Of a DNA stretch of 64,000 bases, positions 1-9,128 are shown one piece after another; within the stretch, counting starts at the first letter, position 1, and every line of letters starts with the position of its first letter. Origin of the DNA: Bdellovibrionales bacterium (GTDB lineage Bacteria; Bdellovibrionota; Bdellovibrionia; Bdellovibrionales; JAGQZY01). The stretch covers positions 576,001 to 640,000 of the forward strand of contig CAXRHT010000001.1 in the NCBI GenBank assembly GCA_964230645.1, read 5' to 3'. Position numbers and translations under genes: made by a program. Under the pieces are notes generated by a model that was not told the origin of the DNA, searched no databases, and saw only the letters and a list, made by a program, of their open reading frames with translations.

Positions 1-1082
1 ACTTTATAGGTGACTGGCAATGTGGGTGTGCCAAACATTTTTCCAATGTTGGGAGAAAGCAAGAATATGTAGCCACATCCAAGAAGAAGCAATGTGACAA
101 CGACAGGATGTTTTATCGATTGCAGAAACTCATGCTTTGTTAAACTCACAAACTCACTAAATCCGTAGCGTTTTTCTTCAACAAAACTAATGTCTTTGAA
201 ATGAAGACTTTGAGCCGTCGAAGATGGGATTTTTTCTCGTTTCTTTTTCTTTGATGAGCGACTGGGAATTCGCTCATAAAATAAACGAGCAAGGCCTAGA
301 AAAGATAATCCCACTAGAGTCCAAAGAATACGGTTATAGAGAAAGAAACTTTCTAGAGGCACAAATTGGGAATTTTGTTGTGCGGCCGTCCAGTAGCGGA
401 CAACAAGACTTGAAGCTCGCATACCTGAAGGGTCTGTCAGGGCGCTGAGCATATAGTTTTCTAAATCCCCTCCCAATTGTCCCGAGAGCATCCAACCCAG
501 AAAAACAGCCGCTCCGCTGACGTACACAAAGGTCATTCGTTTAAAGAAGCTTCCCATAAAAAAGAAGATTCCACCAAAGACGATTAAATTGGGAAAAACT
601 CCTGTGAGGTAAGGCTTGATATAGGCAAAAAGTTGAAAGGGCCCCAGATAGGCTTCATCCACCCAAGGCAAAAGAGAACCAACATAAAGTCCCAAACCGA
701 TGGATGATAAAATGAAAAAACTAACAATAAAGGCACTTAAAAAACGGACGAAAAAATAAGTGTTTCGATTAAAACTTTTTGAATGGGTGAGCTCATTGAA
801 ATTATTAAGATGATCTTTAAATGCATTCTGACCAAAAATGGGGGCTATGACAAAAACCGAGAAAAAAGAAATAATAAGAGTCAGGGCTTGAATGGTGAGA
901 GGTGAGTTGATATCAACGCGGTTGGATCCACTAAAATTAACCTGAACTCCGGGGAAAGCACCAGCACCGGCAAGGACAAGAATGACTGAAAATATAAAAA
1001 ACAGGGAAAAATAAATATAGGTTGAAACTCTTTTAAAACGATCTCTCAGATCGTATTTTAAAACATCAGAGAACAGGTTCAC
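1..1082 (-). CDS. ABC-2 type permease, partial (runs off left edge); possibly an ABC permease/M1 aminopeptidase fusion
   Basis: Missing from the ORF track. GTG at 1082 overlaps the ATPase stop (GTGA). Reads MNLFSDVLKYDLRDRFKRVSTYIYFSL... followed by many hydrophobic segments. The peptidase fusion is inferred from family resemblance and is not visible here. Confidence 0.75.
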   Translation of the reverse strand, partial: MNLFSDVLKYDLRDRFKRVSTYIYFSLFFIFSVILVLAGAGAFPGVQVNFSGSNRVDINSPLTIQALTLIISFFSVFVIAPIFGQNAFKDHLNNFNELTHSKSFNRNTYFFVRFLSAFIVSFFILSSIGLGLYVGSLLPWVDEAYLGPFQLFAYIKPYLTGVFPNLIVFGGIFFFMGSFFKRMTFVYVSGAAVFLGWMLSGQLGGDLENYMLSALTDPSGMRASSLVVRYWTAAQQNSQFVPLESFFLYNRILWTLVGLSFLGLARLFYERIPSRSSKKKKREKIPSSTAQSLHFKDISFVEEKRYGFSEFVSLTKHEFLQSIKHPVVVTLLLLGCGYIFLLSPNIGKMFGTPTLPVTYK

Positions 1083-1939
1083 GTCAGCGACTCCTTTTTC
1101 ATCTGATAAAGATAGTAGTCCTCAAGGGTTGGGTCTTTGGCCAGGCTCGGAGTCATTGGCTCTTCGGAATAAAAGGATTGGTACTTTTTCCCACCCATAA
1201 ACTTTTCCGTCAAAACAAGTCCTGGCTGCCGAGACTCATCAAACTCTTGTAAGTAAATTTTACCTGCAATTTCACTCAAAGCTTGAGTTGGGTTGGTCGA
1301 GACGATCACTTTTCCTTTTTTGATAATACAAAAGTTTTCACAAAGATTGGCGACATCCTCAACGATATGGGTCGACAGTAGAACTGTTTTCTCGCTACCA
1401 ATTTCACTAATGATGTTCAAAAAACGAATTCTTTCTTCAGGGTCAAGACCCGCTGTAGGTTCGTCCACAATGATCAGCGAGGGATTGGAAATCAGAGCCT
1501 GAGCGATTCCAAAGCGCTGCTTCATCCCCCCCGAATAGCTAGAAACCGCTCGATGCTTCTGATCACTCAAATTCACCAAAGCTAGAAGATCAGCCACTAA
1601 CTCAGAGCGCTCTTTCCCGCTTTTTACCCCTTTCAGTGAGGCCAGGTAGTGCATTAATTCTTCGGCTGAAGCTCTGGGATAAACTCCAAACTCCTGGGGC
1701 AAATAACCGAGTCGGTCCCTGAGGTAAGTCTTATTCTCTAAGATACTCTCCCCTTCATAAAGGATTTCACCCTCGTCGGGCTCCTGTAAAGTGGCCAGAG
1801 TTCTCATAAGTGTAGACTTCCCCGCTCCATTGGGTCCTAGGAGCCCAAAGATACCTCGGCCCACCTCTAGGCTCACTTGATCTAAAGCTTTTAGATCGTC
1901 TGAATAGGTTTTCGAAATTCCCTGAATTTTAAGACTCAT
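1079..1939 (-). CDS. ABC transporter ATP-binding protein
   Basis: Walker A GPNGAGKS, signature YSGGM, Walker B IIVDEP, H-loop STH. Start moved to the ATG at 1939 (SD-like AGAGGT upstream). Confidence 0.95.
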   Translation of the reverse strand: MSLKIQGISKTYSDDLKALDQVSLEVGRGIFGLLGPNGAGKSTLMRTLATLQEPDEGEILYEGESILENKTYLRDRLGYLPQEFGVYPRASAEELMHYLASLKGVKSGKERSELVADLLALVNLSDQKHRAVSSYSGGMKQRFGIAQALISNPSLIIVDEPTAGLDPEERIRFLNIISEIGSEKTVLLSTHIVEDVANLCENFCIIKKGKVIVSTNPTQALSEIAGKIYLQEFDESRQPGLVLTEKFMGGKKYQSFYSEEPMTPSLAKDPTLEDYYLYQMKKESLT

Positions 1940-2109
1940 AAATGACCTCTGATACGAAAAGACAGACAATCTAGCCTGCTCGAGAGTCATTTCAAAGGAT
2001 TAAAGACAGTGCAAAAAGATTTTAAGCCACAGAGTCTCGCTGGCTGTTTTTTTTACCCAAATGGGTCAATATCACTCTTACTAAGTAGGTGGGAACTTGC
2101 GTTAGAGCC

Positions 2110-3420
2110 TTAATCCACCCTCAAAACCGAGTTTTTTATAATTTGGGCCACGTGAAAGATCACTTTATCAGCAGTGGCATTGAAGTCTTTGGCTACTATC
2201 TCTGCAATCTGATTTAGACTGCGCTTTCCATCGACAAGCTTAAGGACTCGGGCGTTGAGCTCATGCCCTGAGGCCAAACGTTGGCGATCCACTGGTAGAA
2301 CAATCTTTTTCTCTGGGTCCTGCATCCATGTGGGTTCAAGACTCACGGGATTGAATTCTACCGACTCACTCTCCCTGATTTTTTTAAAGCGAAAAGCATG
2401 GATGCGTTCGACACGGTAGGAACCAGACTCTCTACACTTCATATAAGAGGCCATTTTGGTCCTCTCCACTTCACAATCAAACCCTGCTTTTCTTGCAAAG
2501 TCTATGATATCGCCAGACTGGACTTGGTCTTTAAGATCTTTACTCTGAAAATGAAGAGGTCCAACATTGACCCAGATTCCACCAGGCTTTAAAAATTGAT
2601 TCAAATGAGCAAAAAATAAGTCCAATGGCCAATCAATAGTATCAATTAACCACGGAGTAAAAAGAAAACTAAAAGAATGGCTTTTTAAAAACCTCGTTCT
2701 TGCATCGGCCACAATATAGTTCATGTTTTTTAAAGGTTTTGGGCATTCTAACTTTCTTAAAAGATAAATATCATCACTTTTTTCAGGAAGAACGGGTTTT
2801 TCAAAAAGCTCAAGCTTATTTCCACTAATTGTATGCTCGGCTATTTTGAGCAAAAGGGGATTAAAATCGTTCAATACGCCGAGATTGTAAGAACGGGATT
2901 TTACGACCTCATAGCAAAGGCGCCCTGATCCCGCTCCGAGGCACAAAGTTTCAGCGAAATCCGTTTGCTCAGAAAGAACCTCGTTCACTAAGGAGTGATA
3001 ATCACTCACCTCATCATCTCCCCAACTCCAGTCCCTAAAGGCATTGTCTAGATTAGGAGTTAAGGCACTCGGCTCTGGGCTTTGAGAAAGATAGGATTGA
3101 AACTCTTCTGATTGAATATCGCTATATTCCAAAAATTTTAACAATGAATTGAAAGCCTGTATGGAATGCTCTTTCGCCTTTCTTGATTTTTCCAAACGAG
3201 TTTTCTCTTGAGGTTGCTTCGTCTTCTCTACTTGGTGGGTCAAATACTCTAAATCATGACGAAGTTGGTACAAAAACTTTAAAGCCTCAAAGCTAAAGTA
3301 GTTTTCTGCATAATTTTGATCGGGAAATAAAAAACGAAGGCCTCCCTTGGTCCAACCCTTCATATTCTCTATTTCTTTTAGTCGATCTTTATGACTTTTC
3401 ACAGGCCCACCTTTACTCAT
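2110..3420 (-). CDS. Class I SAM-dependent methyltransferase, carnosine N-methyltransferase (N2227/CARNMT1)-like, with C-terminal PqqD-like winged domain
   Basis: Motifs RDWS, LGAGSGRL, WLIDT and LKPGGIWVNVGPL; C-terminal LVDGKRSLNQIAEIV. Confidence 0.75.
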   Translation of the reverse strand: MSKGGPVKSHKDRLKEIENMKGWTKGGLRFLFPDQNYAENYFSFEALKFLYQLRHDLEYLTHQVEKTKQPQEKTRLEKSRKAKEHSIQAFNSLLKFLEYSDIQSEEFQSYLSQSPEPSALTPNLDNAFRDWSWGDDEVSDYHSLVNEVLSEQTDFAETLCLGAGSGRLCYEVVKSRSYNLGVLNDFNPLLLKIAEHTISGNKLELFEKPVLPEKSDDIYLLRKLECPKPLKNMNYIVADARTRFLKSHSFSFLFTPWLIDTIDWPLDLFFAHLNQFLKPGGIWVNVGPLHFQSKDLKDQVQSGDIIDFARKAGFDCEVERTKMASYMKCRESGSYRVERIHAFRFKKIRESESVEFNPVSLEPTWMQDPEKKIVLPVDRQRLASGHELNARVLKLVDGKRSLNQIAEIVAKDFNATADKVIFHVAQIIKNSVLRVD

Positions 3421-3636
3421 CCGATTTTTATCTTACTGTAAAAATTAATTTTTTTCTGAAAAGCCTGGACTTTTGTTTGAGGCATTTTGAACTTATAAAA
3501 TACTGTTAAAGAATCCGACATGAAAAAGCTTTGAGCAGTCTTGTTCAGAAATGAAACACTCAGAAACAACTGTATTGTTTTTAGCTCTCAAAACGAGAAT
3601 CATTCGTGGTACACAAATTGCTGTTTAATAATATGG

Positions 3637-5277
3637 ATGGTGGGTATAAAAAATCGAACATTGTTAATTCTATCTTTCTTCACGATTTTGTTCTTTCAGA
3701 ATTGTGGCGGCTTCCAATCGAATTCTGGTGTCGAGAGTTCTAGCAATTCTTTCGGTGACGGCTCGGAGATTCGCTTGCAAAAGAGGATGGTCCTTCTCAC
3801 TAAAGACCAATATTTCAACACTCTCTCTCAACATTTAGCCAATGACAGTGATCGCAGTCAGCTAAGACAGATGAGTTTACCTTTCAACAGAACCGATCCG
3901 GCCCTTCGCTTTAGCTCTCATAGAGATTCTTTTTCTGTCACAGAAACAGATATCGACTTGGCTTGGGATATGGCGGAGTTTGTCGCTGAGAGAAAAGCGC
4001 AAGCCGTGGCTTCATTAAACCAAGGCTGCTTTCTCGAAGGCGATACCTCCGATGATTGTTTAAAACAAAGGATTGCTCACTGGACCAATCTTATTTTTTC
4101 AAGGCCTGCGACTGAGGAGGATTTAAATACCTTTCTCCCGGCCATGAAGCAAAACAGTATACATGAATCCAATAAAGAAGAAGCACTCACCCGTCTCTTT
4201 TTATCTTTATTTATGTCTCCTCACTTTTACTACCGTACAGAGCTTGCCGATACCGGTGGCAATAAAATGGGAGACTACGAGATTGCTAAATATTTGGCAT
4301 ATACTCTCACAGACAATCCCCCAGACGGTCCACTATTAAAAGCGGCCGAGAAGGGACTCCTTCAAAACAAAGCCGAAAGAGAGGCTCAGGCCCGAAGACT
4401 ACTAGGAGAGATTGAAAATAATTCGAGTGTGCTTCACTTTCTACAAGAATATTTCAAATACTCCACCATGGATTCCAATAAAGATATGGAACAGTTCCCT
4501 GAGTTTGATTTCGATGAACTTGTGAAGGACACCGATTTTCTAGTGCAATCCATTCTTGAATCCAATGCCGAAAAAGGTTTTTGGAAAGAGATAATGTCCA
4601 CTAATCGAATTGCAGCGAGCCCTGAAACTGTTGAAAACTACGGCCTTAGTAATTCAGATATCAACAATACAAGAAGAGTGATCACTTCAAAAGACAACCG
4701 TCTTGGAATCCTAACACAGCCCAGTTGGCTGGTTCATTTTTCTAAAGATGAAGATAACTTTGTCATTGGACGCGGTAAATTTATCAGAGAAGATGTCCTC
4801 TGTGGAGAAATTCCTAACAGGGAAATCGACAATGTTCCTCCGATCCCAGAAGAGCCCGACGCGACTCTAAGGGAACGAATGGCTATTACTGAGTCTGGCA
4901 GTTGCTATGAATGTCATGTTACTATGAATCCTTTGGGATACGGCTTTGAAAGCTATGACCAATTTGGTCGTTTTCGTACAAGCGAAGCGGGGCAACCTGT
5001 TGATGCCTCAGGCTGGGTGGAAGGCTCAGGGGATCAAGATGGGGAGTTTTCTGACCACAAGGGGTTGATGACACAACTTTCGAACTCAAAAACAACTCGG
5101 GCCTGTTTTCTTGCTCATTCTTTGCAGTATCTTATGGGAGCCTCCCATCGCCCAAAAATTCAATCCAACCAACTACAGCCTTTTATAAACTTTTATGACG
5201 AATCCGGAGGAAACTTTAAAGAAGTCCTTATTGAGATGATCAGTTCAGAAGCCGCAATTACAAGAAAGGGACCTTAA
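3637..5277 (+). CDS. DUF1592/DUF1588/DUF1595-family lipoprotein with one c-type heme motif
   Basis: FQNC lipobox, SPHFYYRTE, LAYTLTDNPPD, RLGILTQ, RGKFIREDVLC, CYECH..MNPLGYGFESYD. Start chosen at MVGIK (3637); ORF track begins at 3541. Confidence 0.85.
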   Translation: MVGIKNRTLLILSFFTILFFQNCGGFQSNSGVESSSNSFGDGSEIRLQKRMVLLTKDQYFNTLSQHLANDSDRSQLRQMSLPFNRTDPALRFSSHRDSFSVTETDIDLAWDMAEFVAERKAQAVASLNQGCFLEGDTSDDCLKQRIAHWTNLIFSRPATEEDLNTFLPAMKQNSIHESNKEEALTRLFLSLFMSPHFYYRTELADTGGNKMGDYEIAKYLAYTLTDNPPDGPLLKAAEKGLLQNKAEREAQARRLLGEIENNSSVLHFLQEYFKYSTMDSNKDMEQFPEFDFDELVKDTDFLVQSILESNAEKGFWKEIMSTNRIAASPETVENYGLSNSDINNTRRVITSKDNRLGILTQPSWLVHFSKDEDNFVIGRGKFIREDVLCGEIPNREIDNVPPIPEEPDATLRERMAITESGSCYECHVTMNPLGYGFESYDQFGRFRTSEAGQPVDASGWVEGSGDQDGEFSDHKGLMTQLSNSKTTRACFLAHSLQYLMGASHRPKIQSNQLQPFINFYDESGGNFKEVLIEMISSEAAITRKGP

Positions 5278-5278
5278 A

Positions 5279-6796
5279 ATGGCAAGTCGAAAAAACGAGC
5301 AACGAAGACTCTTTTTAAAACAAATGGGCTTAGGCGCTGGAGCCATGATTTTTAATCCCCTGCTTATCGACCTTTTTAACAAGGCTCACGCTCAAGCGGG
5401 TGGAGAACAAAAATTAATTCTTCTTTATATGAATGCTTTTCCTCAGCTCAGCCAAGGGGCTGGTGACTTTCTGCCGAAAGGGAATAATTTTAGTGTGGCA
5501 GCTGGTAAGGGGCCTAAAGGACTATCCAGTCAGCCACTTATCAAAATGAACGCCAGTGATTGGCCCACAAAACTTGATGCCCTTAAACCTTTCTTTAATA
5601 ATTCGCTGATTGTGGATGGAGTTTACCACGGTTGTAACGATGCTCCCGGCCAAACCATGCATGGTATGCGCTACGCTGGACTCAATGGAATTTGTGGAAA
5701 TGTTTTGAGAGACCAACAAGTAAAGGATGAACTGGATGTTCCCCACGGCCCCACGATCGATCAGATTATTGCTGGCGGCCCCTCTGGGAAAAATGTTTCC
5801 CATCCCTCTGTGCTTTTTGGAATGAGACAAGCCAACTACAGCTGGCAGAAAAAAGACATTGAACTCACGCAGGCTTGTTTTGCCTCGGCAGCCAATTCTC
5901 CCCTCCCCTACTTTTCAAGGGTAAAGGCCTTGGAACGTTCTCTCTTTGGACAAGATTATGTGGATGGCAAAACGGGAGATGACGGATCCAAACAACTCAA
6001 AACCAATCGACGTAAATCGGTTCTTGATGTTCTTAGAGCCGATGTTAATCGCTTAGAAAAAAGAACACCGGCTGAATTTAAAGACAAGGTCTATGGAGTT
6101 CTGGAGTCTTTTGAAAATTTTGATAATAAAAAACAAGCCCAAGAGCAGAATCAGTGTACACTTCCCGGTCCTTCTGGAATTGGCAAAGGGGACAACGCTG
6201 AAGATGAGCTTATAGCCTTAGCTGATGCCTCCACCCTTGCCATGAAATGCGGAATGACACGCGTAATAGGAATGGGCATGGGTGTGGAGATTGGACACTC
6301 CTCAGACATAGGGTATAAAAAGAACGTCGATCAAAAGGTGAGAGATCGCTGGTCTGATGCCTCGGTCTCTCCATCGGGTGGTTCTAATTTTTATAGCTCT
6401 AGTTGGCACTACCACAATAGCGGTGAGCAATGGAATGATAACAATGGAAGAATTGTTGATTTCTATGGCCAACTTCTTGCTCGTATGATGGAAAATCTCT
6501 CAGGACAAAAAGGAGTTATGCCTGACAACACAACTGTGATGCTCGTTACAGATCGTGGCATGTCTGCTGGAAACCATCATGGTTCCCGTCGCTCCCCTAT
6601 CTTTATTTGGTCAACAAACCCGGCCTTCCAAACAGGTGGTCAGTATATCCGATATGAAACAAAAGATTGGTACGGCAGGATGACCGATTTTACCGCCTTG
6701 TCAGACTTTTACCGGACCATCGCTACGGGCTTCGGGGTCAATATGCCAAGCTTTGGGATATACGGCGGCCCTCTTCTGAACGATATCCTTAAATGA
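5279..6796 (+). CDS. DUF1552-family Tat-exported protein
   Basis: RRLFLK twin-arginine signal ending AHA; TIDQII, RRKSVLD, CGMTRV; 1 bp downstream of the DUF1592 gene. Confidence 0.8.
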   Translation: MASRKNEQRRLFLKQMGLGAGAMIFNPLLIDLFNKAHAQAGGEQKLILLYMNAFPQLSQGAGDFLPKGNNFSVAAGKGPKGLSSQPLIKMNASDWPTKLDALKPFFNNSLIVDGVYHGCNDAPGQTMHGMRYAGLNGICGNVLRDQQVKDELDVPHGPTIDQIIAGGPSGKNVSHPSVLFGMRQANYSWQKKDIELTQACFASAANSPLPYFSRVKALERSLFGQDYVDGKTGDDGSKQLKTNRRKSVLDVLRADVNRLEKRTPAEFKDKVYGVLESFENFDNKKQAQEQNQCTLPGPSGIGKGDNAEDELIALADASTLAMKCGMTRVIGMGMGVEIGHSSDIGYKKNVDQKVRDRWSDASVSPSGGSNFYSSSWHYHNSGEQWNDNNGRIVDFYGQLLARMMENLSGQKGVMPDNTTVMLVTDRGMSAGNHHGSRRSPIFIWSTNPAFQTGGQYIRYETKDWYGRMTDFTALSDFYRTIATGFGVNMPSFGIYGGPLLNDILK

Positions 6797-7168
6797 GAAC
6801 GAGTTCCTAATGCTAGAATCATCCCCTTGCCCCCAGCGACCGGGAAGTTTATCAATCCACACGTCTCCTAGTACACGAGTTTGACAAGCAAGGCGTAAAT
6901 GTTTTTTGATACTGTTCTTGTGAGGTGGGAGAGACAAGCGTAGAGCTTCTATCTTATTTCGTTTTGACGTCAACCCTTCAACCCTCAAAGCACAGGTCCC
7001 ACAAGAACCAAACCCATGACAATTCAGCTTTTGAAAGCTTTTATGGTAGAGAAAATGACGGTATTCCTCCAGTAGGGCTTTGCGCAAATTGGTTCCTTTT
7101 TCAACGATCACCACGTCTTGCAGAACACCGTTTTCACCTTTAACAAAAATTCGCGCCATCTTTTTCAT
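6701..7168 (-). CDS. 2Fe-2S ferredoxin
   Basis: CHGFGSCGTC and RLACQ motifs. 3' end overlaps the convergent DUF1552 gene by 96 bp. Confidence 0.9.
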   Translation of the reverse strand: MKKMARIFVKGENGVLQDVVIVEKGTNLRKALLEEYRHFLYHKSFQKLNCHGFGSCGTCALRVEGLTSKRNKIEALRLSLPPHKNSIKKHLRLACQTRVLGDVWIDKLPGRWGQGDDSSIRNSFSFKDIVQKRAAVYPKAWHIDPEARSDGPVKV

Positions 7169-7184
7169 ACCATTTACTCAAACA

Positions 7185-7352
7185 TTATTTTTTATTTTTA
7201 AAGCTCGTCTTAGTCGTAGAAGAATTCCTCTTTGGAAATCTTAAAGGATCGATGTCGCAACCATAGGGTTCATTAGGAGTCATCGACCAGTCCTTAATAC
7301 TGTATTCCTTCGGCTTTTGTTTTTTAAAAAATCGAGAGAAATAGTTTTTCAT
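7185..7352 (-). CDS. Small hypothetical protein (55 aa)
   Basis: Hand-translated MKNYFSRFFKKQKPKEYSIKDWSMTPNEPYGCDIDPLRFPKRNSSTTKTSFKNKK. Strong GGAGG SD; ends 16 bp before the ferredoxin start. Confidence 0.55.
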   Translation of the reverse strand: MKNYFSRFFKKQKPKEYSIKDWSMTPNEPYGCDIDPLRFPKRNSSTTKTSFKNKK

Positions 7353-7537
7353 GGGATCCTCCAGGATTCATCAAGTATTTAACGAGACCCAATTATTTAT
7401 CTTTTATCAGTTGAGGAATTAATATGTTGTTTCTTAAAAACAAATAGTGCTTTTGCTCTATTTTTCGCCTTGCTAAAATCTAAACTTTGGAGCCTTTGGT
7501 TTCCTGTCTGTGAGGGAAAATCACTGCAGCTTCAAAG

Positions 7538-7954
7538 CTAACATTTTTCACAACGCCCTTCCAAAACAACCGATCGCAATTCTTTTACAGGCTGGGAATA
7601 GGATTGCAGAACCATCTCAAGACTTTTATCCTCCGTAGGGCTCGCAAGAGTTTCATGACTTTGTCCACAGAGAAAGCATTTCACTAACACTCGCAGACTG
7701 TTTGAGTTTTTCGACGCGAGAGAGCTCACCACACATCGTCCGTCTTGAAACTTATGAACAAGGCCTATTTGCGCAAATTTATCCAAGTTCCTATAAACGG
7801 AAACTAAATCAACCTGCTGCCCCCGATCGAGAAGCTTCTCGTATAATTCTCGAGGCGAGAGGGCTTGTTCACACAGATGAAGTTCTTCGAAGATGACCTT
7901 TCTTTTAGGTGTGACTTTTAGATTGTTCTGCCTAAGGATTGTACTGATTTCCAT
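7538..7954 (-). CDS. Fur-family transcriptional regulator (Zur-like)
   Basis: LKVTPKR, SVYRNLDKF, CFLC and terminal GRCEKC; sits in a metal-uptake locus. Confidence 0.88.
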   Translation of the reverse strand: MEISTILRQNNLKVTPKRKVIFEELHLCEQALSPRELYEKLLDRGQQVDLVSVYRNLDKFAQIGLVHKFQDGRCVVSSLASKNSNSLRVLVKCFLCGQSHETLASPTEDKSLEMVLQSYSQPVKELRSVVLEGRCEKC

Positions 7955-7962
7955 CTTTTATT

Positions 7963-8382
7963 TTAAATATCCGTTATCTTTTTTTTCAGCTTCTCGCAGG
8001 AAGAGAGCCCAATGTTAAGCAATTTAGGTTTTTGAGAAAGGATCAAGATTTGTGGTGTCGCCGCTCTAGAAATCCCCATTTCGCTCTGAATGTCTGAACT
8101 AACGTGGTAAGCGGGATAAGAAACTTTCATTTTCTGATACTCAGCCTTCAATGACTTTTCCCCACTAAAAGCTCCCAACAGTACCACTGGATACTTACTT
8201 TCTAGACAAGACAGTTGATGAACTTGCCTCTGACAGGCACTGCAATCGGCTTGGAAAACCAATGCTAATTTCGGTGTCTTAAAAAAGTCAGTAAGGGCTA
8301 CTGTATCAGCGTTATTTAAACTCTTAATATAAGAGGGTGAAGCGACCAAAAAAATTAGACCCAGTGAAAAAAATAATTTCAT
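7963..8382 (-). CDS. Exported thioredoxin-fold protein
   Basis: Signal peptide, CSAC motif, ATP cis-Pro loop; ATGA overlap with tonB. Confidence 0.7.
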   Translation of the reverse strand: MKLFFSLGLIFLVASPSYIKSLNNADTVALTDFFKTPKLALVFQADCSACQRQVHQLSCLESKYPVVLLGAFSGEKSLKAEYQKMKVSYPAYHVSSDIQSEMGISRAATPQILILSQKPKLLNIGLSSCEKLKKKITDI

Positions 8383-9026
8383 AGTCGGCCTTTTTTCAGT
8401 TGATAGGCAATAGGAATGACAAATTCTTCATCATTGTCTAATTTCTCCGGCAGAGGTTTAAAACGCCCTAAACCTTTAAGAAGATCCACAGCGGCATTAT
8501 TTAGGATTTTAAAAGGAGAGGGAGAAATGACCTCCACCTCGCCAAATTCACCGTCGGTTTTTATTTTAAGTCGAATTTTCACAGTGCCACTTTGTCTTAG
8601 TCTTAAGGCCGTTCGGGGATAGCGCTTATTTTGCTCTAAATATAATTTGAGTTGTTGAACGTAAGAAGCCATCATTTTTTTTCCCTCTTGGCTTTTCAAA
8701 AATCGCTCTGTTTCACTCATCGAAGAAAGGGCATTGTCAGTTGATTCCTTTTCTGAAAGCGGGGCTTTCTCGATTGTCTTTGATGTCGATTTCGGTTTTA
8801 CCGATGGCTCTTGAGACAATAGCTTTTTTTTCACTTCTTTAGGTTTCTTTGCTGGTGGTTCCTTATAGCTTAGTTCATCACTTGAGGACTGAGGTTCATT
8901 AGCGGGAACATAGAGTTCCACCACCACATTTGTGGGTGTTTGGGACATGAAACTGGAGCTTTGCCTATAAAAGACAAAAGCCAGCAGAAGGCCATGCAGT
9001 AAAAAACTCACTAAAAAATATCTCAC
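8379..9026 (-). CDS. tonB: Energy transducer TonB
   Basis: N-terminal TM with SFLLH, Pro/Lys-rich linker, YPRTALRLRQSGTV C-terminal domain. Likely GTG start at 9026. Confidence 0.88.
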   Translation of the reverse strand: MRYFLVSFLLHGLLLAFVFYRQSSSFMSQTPTNVVVELYVPANEPQSSSDELSYKEPPAKKPKEVKKKLLSQEPSVKPKSTSKTIEKAPLSEKESTDNALSSMSETERFLKSQEGKKMMASYVQQLKLYLEQNKRYPRTALRLRQSGTVKIRLKIKTDGEFGEVEVISPSPFKILNNAAVDLLKGLGRFKPLPEKLDNDEEFVIPIAYQLKKGRL

Positions 9027-9042
9027 CAAAAATTCCTTGCTA

Positions 9043-9097
9043 ATGCGAATTATTTGCAATATACACTATCCTGTCGTTAATGCAAGTTTTTTGCATT
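9043..9097. promoter_or_regulatory. Two 17-bp palindromes, putative Zur/Fur-family operators, between divergent operons
   Basis: ATGCGAATTATTTGCAA (9043-9059) and ATGCAAGTTTTTTGCAT (9080-9096; AATGCAA/TTGCATT arms are perfect). Confidence 0.7.
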
Positions 9098-9128
9098 TAC
9101 ATAAAAGTTTTTGCTATAAGGAGAATTT

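Noticed and set aside
224..448. 74-aa plus-strand ORF
   Set aside because: Antisense to the ABC permease frame.
2025..2054. Terminator between the methyltransferase and ABC ATPase
   Set aside because: Only a 5-bp stem with a large loop, and the U-tract is on the strand opposite to the genes.
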